Virus record (IMG/VR): IMGVR_UViG_2914811602_000003
Location: 4,528-68,527 of that record
Strand: one strand, 5' to 3'
From: a virus
Lineage: Duplodnaviria; Caudoviricetes
Length of the DNA stretch: 64,000 nucleotides
This document shows, piece after piece, positions 25,862-32,319 of this stretch. Made by a program: the position numbers and the translations under genes. Numbering within the stretch: position 1 is the stretch's first letter; each line of letters starts with the position of its first letter. A model generated the notes under the pieces. It worked only from the letters and a program-made list of their open reading frames with translations. It was not told the DNA's origin and did no database searches.

Positions 25862-26544
25862 CGAACATCCGGATTTTGCCACAACAGCTACGCAACGTGG
25901 TTAGGGCAAACAGTGGCGGCGCCTAGTTCCCAGCACGCAGTGCTAGGCGTGTTCGGGGACGTCCACGAGCCAGGATCTTAGATCATCGATCTCGGCGCTT
26001 TGGACTAGGGGTCGCGTTCGGCGAGCTGGGTGTTGCCGGTGTTGGCGGTTGTGGAGTAGCGGCAATCCTTTTGCTCTAACGCCAGCTTCAGTCGTGCGCT
26101 TTTGGCGCATCGACTGAATTTACCTGTATGTTTAACTTTTGAAATCTTCCGCTTCTTCTCGGTCTATTTCTCGAATTACCCCACATTCGCTGACATCTAA
26201 CTTCTCTTCAGCGGCTACTTTTTCAAGTTCACGGTATGCGGCTTCTGCGGAATCGTATCCGAATCGAAGTGTTTTGAAGATAGCTGCATCGCTATTTTCA
26301 GGGAAATCAATATGGCATATCGCGTAAGGACCAGGGATCATTTTCTACCTACTTCATTAAAGAATCCACCCGCAGAGCGGGTGGGCGTGGATTAACCCCA
26401 AAGGTGGGGTTATCTGACCACGCCTATAGGGCGCGGATTTTCATATTACGATCAAACGTTGCGAACATCCAGATTTTGCCACCAGCGCTAGGCGTGTTCG
26501 AGCACACTCAAGCCCCAAGCGCGAAGATCATCGATCTCAGCGCT
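25862..26544. repeat. Mosaic direct repeat (three conserved blocks) flanking a small low-GC ORF
   Basis: CGAACATCC(G/A)GATTTTGCCAC at 25862 and 26462; GCTAGGCGTGTTCG and AGATCATCGATCTC repeated with an identical 24-nt spacing. Confidence 0.7.
26132..26341 (-). CDS. Small acidic hypothetical protein (69 aa)
   Basis: Low-GC ORF with an upstream GTAGGTAG purine tract. Confidence 0.55.
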   Translation of the reverse strand: MIPGPYAICHIDFPENSDAAIFKTLRFGYDSAEAAYRELEKVAAEEKLDVSECGVIREIDREEAEDFKS

Positions 26545-26761
26545 GTGTGCTTAGCTTGAACTCCCAGGCTTCGTCGTCGTACTCGCAGTCGGCGCAGCGC
26601 ATCCAGGAGGTGTCATTCCAGTGCCACTCCTCGCCTTTGACGGGTTCGGTCTCCAGCCCGTCCTCGGTCTGATGGAGCGTGCAGGTGACCTCGCAATCAA
26701 CGCGCAGGTTGGTCGAGCCGCACTGGGGGCAGCGGTACTTGGCGCTCGGTGCTTGGTTCAT
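26537..26761 (-). CDS. Zinc-ribbon protein (CPQC...CADC)
   Basis: Start MNQAPSAKYRCPQCGSTNL; two CxxC pairs. Confidence 0.6.
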   Translation of the reverse strand: MNQAPSAKYRCPQCGSTNLRVDCEVTCTLHQTEDGLETEPVKGEEWHWNDTSWMRCADCEYDDEAWEFKLSTQR

Positions 26762-26811
26762 GGCGCTTGGTTCTCGGGGCTTAGGGCTGGGTGCATAGGG
26801 CCAGCCACCAT

Positions 26812-27042
26812 TCATAGAGGTCCGGGTCGTCGATCCAGATGTCCTGGAGCGACCACCAGGGGGCGAAGAGGCGTGGGTCTTGGCGCATGGTGCTTGGGGC
26901 TTGGTTCTCGGCGCTTGGTGACTCGAAGATATCCGCAGTACCCGCAGTGGTCACAGACCCACTGGTAGTCGGTCCCGCGAGCGAGATGGAAGGTGCCCTG
27001 GCCACAATGCCAGCAGCGGCGTTCGACTTGGTCTTCGTGCAT
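26812..27042 (-). CDS. Putative zinc-ribbon protein (CWHC...CDHC)
   Basis: Two CxxC pairs 18 aa apart; C-terminal half is low complexity. Confidence 0.45.
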   Translation of the reverse strand: MHEDQVERRCWHCGQGTFHLARGTDYQWVCDHCGYCGYLRVTKRREPSPKHHAPRPTPLRPLVVAPGHLDRRPGPL

Positions 27043-27175
27043 GGCGCTTAGCTCTCGGTGCTTGGATCTTGGCGCTTAGGCGGGCCGATGACGGTTCGCG
27101 CTCAGCTTGCTTTACAGCCGCTCTGAACCTAACCTTTGGGTTAAACAAAAAGAACAACCGTTGTCAAGTCGGAAA

Positions 27176-27190
27176 CCACTACATCTAGTG
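27176..27190. promoter_or_regulatory. NrdR-box-like palindrome
   Basis: CCACTACATCTAGTG resembles the NrdR box consensus acaCwAtATaTwGtg; single copy. Confidence 0.4.
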
Positions 27191-27267
27191 CATTCCCGAT
27201 TAGCAACGTACTACGGAGACCGTGCCGCGACTGTCGCGTGCCATCCCTAACACGCGCGAGGCTCACC

Positions 27268-27462
27268 ATGAACCGCTCAGAAGCCGCCCAAAACATCTGG
27301 GAGATGCGTCGATTTCGGCGCGAGGTCACAGCCTCACCCGAAGCCGCCCGCCAAGCCTTGAAAGAGGCTGGTATCATGACTGAAGACGGTCATATCGCTG
27401 ATCCCTACAAACCCCTGTTCAAACGCCAGCCCACCGGATGTACGGAAGAAGTCCAAGTCTAG
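27268..27462 (+). CDS. Small hypothetical protein (64 aa), only plus-strand gene in this block
   Basis: GAGG RBS; MNRSEAAQNIWEMRRFRREV...ALKEAGIMTEDG. Confidence 0.55.
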   Translation: MNRSEAAQNIWEMRRFRREVTASPEAARQALKEAGIMTEDGHIADPYKPLFKRQPTGCTEEVQV

Positions 27463-27472
27463 TATTCGGGTT

Positions 27473-27766
27473 TCACGCCGCCACATGCCGAATCACCGGA
27501 CTAGGACGCGGACGCTGCTCGGCCTGCCAGAGATCATATGCCAACTGTCCCTTGAGCCAACTTTCAGCGCTCGGTCCATCCAACCAGGCTTCCAGCCGTA
27601 ACGCCAGATCAACACTGATCGCCGCTTTCCCATTCAAAACTCTCGAAAGCGTCACGCGATTGATACCCAACTCCTGAGCCGCCTGCGTCACGGTCAACCC
27701 AAGCGCCGGTAAGACATCCTCACGCAACGTCTCGCCAGGATGCGGCGGATTATGCATTCTCGTCAT
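27473..27766 (-). CDS. higA: HigA/VapI-family antitoxin (XRE HTH), apparently orphan
   Basis: MHNPPHPGETLREDVL..LGLTVTQAAQELGINRVTLSRVLNGKAAIS..LALRL...WL..QLAYDLW. Confidence 0.9.
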   Translation of the reverse strand: MTRMHNPPHPGETLREDVLPALGLTVTQAAQELGINRVTLSRVLNGKAAISVDLALRLEAWLDGPSAESWLKGQLAYDLWQAEQRPRPSPVIRHVAA

Positions 27767-27960
27767 ACTCAAACCCCTTCTTGTCTGCGACGTGCATAGC
27801 GCTTAGCTCTCGGCGCTTGGGGCGGGGGCATCCTTGATGCTGACCCTCCGCGCCTCACCTCAACGCTCCGCTCGCCAGTCCGCTGGCGTCGAGCGCGGCG
27901 CGGAGATGGAGCGGCTCAAGCGCGAGTAAAACCTGAGCGAGTCGTGGCGGCGCCGGGCCT

Positions 27961-28245
27961 TCAGCGGCACGTCACTACCAACTCCTTACCGCAGGCGTTG
28001 ACGTACTTGCGCAGTGTGGCTAGCGATGGCGAAGGCTTGCCGGTGGCAAGCGCGCGCTCCAGGCGGGCCACGGCGGGTGCCTGGGTGCCCATGCGCTCAG
28101 CCACCTGCGCCTGGGTCAGGCCAGCGGCGCGGCGGGCATTGAGGACGATGTCCAGCCAGAAGAACTCTTCGCGTTCCAGGCGCTCGTATTCGGCGCGAAC
28201 CTCGGGGTCGCTCAACATTTTCGCGATCATTTCATCGTGCGTCAT
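27961..28245 (-). CDS. XRE-family HTH antitoxin
   Basis: ARRAAGLTQAQVAERMGTQAPAVARLE...SPSLATLRKY; downstream of a RelE-type toxin. Confidence 0.85.
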   Translation of the reverse strand: MTHDEMIAKMLSDPEVRAEYERLEREEFFWLDIVLNARRAAGLTQAQVAERMGTQAPAVARLERALATGKPSPSLATLRKYVNACGKELVVTCR

Positions 28246-28261
28246 GGTCGGTGGGGTGCGC

Positions 28262-28591
28262 TCAGGATTCACGTTTCACCTCCTTCAAACGGGCTTCAGC
28301 AATCCGGCGCTCGCGCGGCGGGGTCTTCTCCGACTTCTTTACGAAGCTGTGCAGCATCACGATGCGCCGACCGATCAGGGTGCAATAGAACACGCGAGCG
28401 ATGCCTTCGGCGCCCTTCATCCGCAGTTCAAACAAGCCATCGCCGAAGGCTTTGGTGTGCGGCTCGCCCAGATTGGGGCCGTTCTCCCGCATCCGCTGGG
28501 AATAGCTGATATAGCGCGCCTGCAACGTCGGCGGCAGCGCCAGGATCTCGGCCGCAACGGCATCGCTGTAGTAGTCGATGGTGTAGGTCAC
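28262..28591 (-). CDS. RelE/ParE (Gp49/HigB-like) toxin
   Basis: GPNLGEPHTKAFGDGLFELRMKG...RVFY...VMLHSFVKKSEKTP. Confidence 0.88.
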   Translation of the reverse strand: MTYTIDYYSDAVAAEILALPPTLQARYISYSQRMRENGPNLGEPHTKAFGDGLFELRMKGAEGIARVFYCTLIGRRIVMLHSFVKKSEKTPPRERRIAEARLKEVKRES

Positions 28592-28600
28592 GGGGGGAGT

Positions 28601-28616
28601 ATAACAAATCTGTTAA
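28601..28616. promoter_or_regulatory. Palindromic operator of the TA operon
   Basis: TAACA-AATC-TGTTA immediately upstream of the toxin start. Confidence 0.55.
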
Positions 28617-28786
28617 GCCTTGCCCGCTTGACCCTAAGCGCAAAGTGCATAGCTCTCGGCGCTTGGTGCTCCGTCCCTGGAGCAGGTGTGGGCCTTTGGA
28701 CGTTGCGACAGTGTGACGTTGCACTTGGTACGTTGCGACGGTGTTGCCCGGTTTGACTCCTCGGGCGGGGAGGGTAGTGCTGTGCG

Positions 28787-28996
28787 CTAGGCGCCAAGCG
28801 CCTGGACGACGAGCGTGTCCGGTTTATCGATGAACCAGGTATCTCGGGAGAAGGTCAGGGTGGCATCTTCCAGGTCGAAGGTGCCGAGATCGAGTGCCCG
28901 GCTCGTAGCGACGGCTGCGAGCTCACGGTCGGGGTAGCTTTCGAGACAGGCGTTGTGGATCAAGGTACGGGCGGTGAGCGCTGAGATCGGGGTCAT
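28787..28996 (-). CDS. Early hypothetical protein (paralogue of next gene)
   Basis: IS..TAR.LI...G..L..ATL....W pattern shared with 28993-29193. Confidence 0.6.
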   Translation of the reverse strand: MTPISALTARTLIHNACLESYPDRELAAVATSRALDLGTFDLEDATLTFSRDTWFIDKPDTLVVQALGA

Positions 28997-29193
28997 GCGC
29001 GGTTCTCCTGGGGGTCTGAGAGGTACCAGTCCCCGTCAACGAGCTTGAGCGTAGCGCTTGCGCCGAGCTCGCAGTAGCCAGCGGCTAAGGACTCTTCGGT
29101 CAGCCGAATGGCTTCGGTCTCGTTCTGGGTCTCGTGCATCCACCAAGTCTGGATGAGGATGCGTGCTGTTGGCAGGCTGATCTTTCCGGTCAT
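28993..29193 (-). CDS. Early hypothetical protein (paralogue of previous gene)
   Basis: ATGA-coupled with 28787-28996; shared motif pattern. Confidence 0.6.
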   Translation of the reverse strand: MTGKISLPTARILIQTWWMHETQNETEAIRLTEESLAAGYCELGASATLKLVDGDWYLSDPQENRA

Positions 29194-29295
29194 TGGCTTG
29201 ACTCCGGGGTCTTGGGGTTTAGGGCAAAGCGCTGAAGGCTGAGATGGTGACCGTGCGGGTTTTCCACAGTTCGCAGGTGTCGACGGCGATTGGAG

Positions 29296-29591
29296 CGTTA
29301 CGCGGACTGTTACTGGGGCGTAACAGGCGTAACGCTTTCCACCTCAGTATCCTACTGTTTTGGTAAGAGTTGCGTTACGGATGTTACGGACTTGACTGGA
29401 GCTGTCACGAAGAGCGTAACGGCCTAAGTTGTTGTTTTTTATTGGTCTTATTTTGTTTGTTTCATTGTTACACTTTTTTTAGATTGAGCTGTGAAACAAG
29501 GTTTGTATTTTTAAGGGTTCGCGGGGTAGCAAAAAAATGCAAAAAAACAAAAAATATAAATACGGAAGCGAAACCTCGGAAAAAACGTAAC
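29296..29591. repeat. GTTAC/GTAAC repeat cluster with A/T tracts (origin or control region candidate)
   Basis: Nine GTTAC cores in about 300 bp in both orientations, plus runs of A7 and T7. Confidence 0.75.
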
Positions 29592-29642
29592 ACCGAAACA
29601 GGGCGGCGTTGACGTTGACGCTTCGCGTGTGGGGACCGCGCT

Positions 29643-29765
29643 ATGCACTTATACACCCGCTATCTCGACGAGGTGTTTGAGCGGCAGCGTCAGAATGAAG
29701 ACGCCTGGAGGGAGGCCAACTCGCCGCCGTTGAACCCCTTCGGCGACGACGAAGACGGCTGGTAG
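29643..29765 (+). CDS. Putative 40-aa acidic peptide
   Basis: MHLYTRYLDEVFERQRQNEDAWREANSPPLNPFGDDEDGW, ending near the convergent terminator. Confidence 0.4.
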   Translation: MHLYTRYLDEVFERQRQNEDAWREANSPPLNPFGDDEDGW

Positions 29766-29823
29766 CCACCCCATTCGCCGAGCGCCTGGCTCGGAGCGCT
29801 TGGAGCCTGGGGTCTGAAACGCC

Positions 29824-29849
29824 AAAACCCCGCACGATGGCGGGGTTCT
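29824..29849 (-). terminator. Intrinsic terminator
   Basis: AACCCCGC-6 nt-GCGGGGTT followed by TT on minus, just after the stop of 29859-30674. Confidence 0.65.
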
Positions 29850-29858
29850 GGGGGGCGG

Positions 29859-30674
29859 TTAGGTCCAATCCTCCTCAGCTCTCAGGGTGGCGAGCTGGGC
29901 GAGGGCGCTGATGGGGTCGCGGGCGATCCGCAGCGCTGACTTCTTGGCCGAGTCGATCGCGCCCTGGTAGAGCTCCGCGAAGTCCTGCGGCGCGTCGACG
30001 TCGTATGGGCTGGTGTCGCTCCCGATCTCGGCGCTGGGCAGGTGGCGGGCGACGACCTGCATCGCCAGCCGGATCGTCTCCGCCGTGCGCTGGAGGTTGC
30101 GGGTTGCGCTCTGGGCCAGCAGGCTCTTCACCGTCGCCTCGGGCAGACCGCTGACGCTCGCCATCGTCTTGAGCGTCGTGTCGTCGGCCTGCTGCTTGCC
30201 CTGCTCAGACGTCAGCATGGACGTGAAGGTGTCCTTGAGCGGTTGCGGCTTGTACCCGTGCTGGGCCAGCAGGTTGCGGACGGTCAGCCATTTCCCCAGA
30301 CTGACCTCGGGCGCTTCCTCCTGCTCCAGCCCAAACGCCTCCAGCGCTTCGAGCTCATCGGCCTCGGCCTGAAGCGACGTCATCAGGTCATTGAGGCCGT
30401 CGACGCCCTTGGACGCCAGCTCCTGCTCCTGGCGCAACTTGCTGGCCAGTCGCATGGAGAAGCGGACGACGCGCCCGTTGACCTTCGCCATGAGCGCAAA
30501 GCCCGTGAGCTGCTTTACGTCGTCCTCGGCCTCGCACGCCCTGATAAGCGCCTTCTGGGCCAGGTCGCTGCTCTGGCGCTCGGCCTCCATCATGCTGCGC
30601 CCTTCGGCCATCGCCTCCATCCGAGTCATCAGGCTGTCCAGCGCGGCGGCTTTGGTGCTGATTTCGTTCGACAT
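29859..30674 (-). CDS. Alpha-helical hypothetical protein (271 aa)
   Basis: True start MSNEIS at 30674 behind GGAG; the longer track ORF merely runs through repeat DNA. Confidence 0.7.
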   Translation of the reverse strand: MSNEISTKAAALDSLMTRMEAMAEGRSMMEAERQSSDLAQKALIRACEAEDDVKQLTGFALMAKVNGRVVRFSMRLASKLRQEQELASKGVDGLNDLMTSLQAEADELEALEAFGLEQEEAPEVSLGKWLTVRNLLAQHGYKPQPLKDTFTSMLTSEQGKQQADDTTLKTMASVSGLPEATVKSLLAQSATRNLQRTAETIRLAMQVVARHLPSAEIGSDTSPYDVDAPQDFAELYQGAIDSAKKSALRIARDPISALAQLATLRAEEDWT

Positions 30675-30770
30675 TGCTCTAACTCCAGTTGATTGATCGC
30701 GCCGATGATTACGATTCGGCGCGTTTGTAATACCTATTTGCCTGCGCGGGCGTATGTACATTGCACCTAC

Positions 30771-30900
30771 ACCCGCGCGCCAAGCTCCAAGCTCCAAGCC
30801 CCTCGAACCAGGCGCCTCGCTCCAGGCACCTGGCACCGAGCGCCTAGTACCGAGCGCTGGGCGACAAGTCCCTAGGTCCGAGCACCAGGCGCACCCAGGC
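30771..30900 (+). repeat. Degenerate heptamer array (CCAAGCN)
   Basis: CCAAGCT CCAAGCT CCAAGCC followed by CCAGGCG, CCAGGCA, CCGAGCG variants. Confidence 0.75.
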
Positions 30901-31017
30901 GGGTTCAGCGTCCGGCCTGTGGGTCTTGCGCAGCAGCCAAGCGCGCTTGTACTGGGCCTCTGGGCTCTCGAAGCGCTGGGCCTTGTAGGCGTACCGCTCT
31001 GTGCGTGGCAGGTTCAT
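30844..31017 (-). CDS. Small basic hypothetical protein (57 aa)
   Basis: MNLPRTERYAYKAQRFESPEAQYKRAWLLRK...; ATGA overlap with upstream gene. Confidence 0.45.
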   Translation of the reverse strand: MNLPRTERYAYKAQRFESPEAQYKRAWLLRKTHRPDAEPAWVRLVLGPRDLSPSARY

Positions 31018-31247
31018 GCCGCGTCCTCCTCGATGAACAGGTCACCGAAGCCGAGCACCAAGCGCTCAGCGGCCACGGCGAGCTCCTGGTCCTCGGGCTC
31101 AGGGCGAAGCTCGACGGCGTCGTTGAGGTCGCCGATGAGCGCGTCGGCCTCGTCGACCTCGATCGCACCGGCATCGAGGAGCTGGGTGATGTGCTCGGCG
31201 GTCATCCCGCTGAGGCGCGCAAACAGGCGGATGTCGTCAAAGTTCAT
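31014..31247 (-). CDS. Small highly acidic early protein (77 aa)
   Basis: Start MNFDDIRLF; roughly a quarter of residues are D/E. Confidence 0.6.
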   Translation of the reverse strand: MNFDDIRLFARLSGMTAEHITQLLDAGAIEVDEADALIGDLNDAVELRPEPEDQELAVAAERLVLGFGDLFIEEDAA

Positions 31248-31330
31248 GGCACTAAGCCTCCAGACTGGTTGAACGCCGCCCGGACCATTCCGAGCGACAC
31301 GAACCGAGCCAATGAGCGAAGCGCGACGAA

Positions 31331-31500
31331 CCCAGCACCCAGCACCAAGCACCAAGCACGAGGCGCTAGGGACGAGGACATGACAGGGAAGACGCTTGAA
31401 GACAGAAACAAGAAGACGCGCCATCGCTAGGCGCTGAGCCGCCAGAGCCCGGCGCTGAGCGCGCGGCGCCCGGCGCGAGGGGCGAGGCGCGAGGTCGCAG
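31331..31500 (+). repeat. Heptamer arrays
   Basis: CCCAGCA CCCAGCA CCAAGCA CCAAGCA CGAGGCG at 31331-31365, with further variants to 31500. Confidence 0.7.
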
Positions 31501-31650
31501 GAAACTAGGGTCCAGTCAGGCCGTTCCCGGATTCGGAAGTCCGCGCTGGCGCGTGAGTTCTGGGTGACACGCCCGAAAAATCCACCCTGGGTAGGAAACG
31601 CAGAGGCGGACGGAGCCCAAAAAATTTTTCAAAAATTTTCCGCCGCCTAC
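31500..31650. other. Candidate packaging-initiation / genome-end region
   Basis: Non-coding segment with AAAAAATTTTTCAAAAATTTT directly before terS, between the divergent arms. Confidence 0.35.
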
Positions 31651-31692
31651 ACGCCTTGCAGCCCCGTACCAAGCACTCCCTACAATGCGCGG

Positions 31693-32319
31693 ATGGCGAA
31701 GAAACCCGTCCCCGTCGATACGTTTTCCGATACCGAGCTCGAAGCGCTCAGCACCGAGCGCGAGGCCGATGAGCTGGGCGCCCTGTGGGCGCGCCTGTCG
31801 GTCAAGCAGCAGCAGTTTCTGACGCACCGGTTGGCGGGCATGACGATCGATGAGGCATCCAAGCGCCTCGGCTGGTCTCTGTCGATGGGCAAGCAGATGT
31901 CGACCAACCCGCTGATCAAGCGGTACATGCAGGTCGCCACCCGGCGCGCGGTGCGAAGAACCATGCTCACGCGCGAGGACGTCATCCACGGACTCCTGGA
32001 TGCGGTGGATTCGGCCGGAAGCTCGGCGGATCTGACCCAGGCGTGGCGCGAGATCGGACGGTTGATCGGGGCCTATGAGCCGGAGAAGGTCGACGTCACC
32101 GTGACGGTGGCGGATCTCGATCCGCAGCGGCTCTCATCGATGTCGACCCATGAGCTGCTGAAGATGACCCAGGTCGATGGGGTCTATGTCGTGGACGCCG
32201 AGGACGATCCCGCGCGCCAAGACTACGCGCTACTTCGCGAGGCGCTGGCGCCTCCCACTCCGCTCCAAGCGCTCGGCGCTGAGATCGAGGAGGCCGAGTA
32301 TCGGGATGTCGAAGCGTAA
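31693..32319 (+). CDS. terS: Terminase small subunit
   Basis: LSVKQQQFL...ASKRLGW...NPLIKRYM...LTREDVIHGL; position before terL; likely start MAKKP. Confidence 0.75.
   Translation: MAKKPVPVDTFSDTELEALSTEREADELGALWARLSVKQQQFLTHRLAGMTIDEASKRLGWSLSMGKQMSTNPLIKRYMQVATRRAVRRTMLTREDVIHGLLDAVDSAGSSADLTQAWREIGRLIGAYEPEKVDVTVTVADLDPQRLSSMSTHELLKMTQVDGVYVVDAEDDPARQDYALLREALAPPTPLQALGAEIEEAEYRDVEA

Noticed and set aside
26361-26412. CRISPR-repeat-like hairpins (AATCCAC...GTGGATT)
   Set aside because: Single occurrence, no spacer-repeat periodicity, no cas genes.
25944-26426. IS5-like MITE bounded by TAGGCGTG inverted ends
   Set aside because: Only 11/13 identity, and the left end is better explained as part of the longer direct-repeat block; no transposase.
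22960-27862. 14-bp perfect inverted repeat TGAGGTGAGGCGCG / CGCGCCTCACCTCA as transposon ends
   Set aside because: No target-site duplication or transposase, and a 14-bp match is expected by chance in 64 kb of GC-rich DNA.
27880-27930. IS3 orfA remnant (AEMERLKRE-stop)
   Set aside because: Too short to support; no flanking IS features.
29370-29868. Track ORFs over the AT-rich region (29370-29612, 29468-29656, 29641-29868)
   Set aside because: Translations reflect A/T runs and repeats; the region is better explained as regulatory DNA.
30675-30836. N-terminal extension of the 325-aa track ORF
   Set aside because: It runs through heptamer repeats; a clear GGAG RBS supports the start at 30674.
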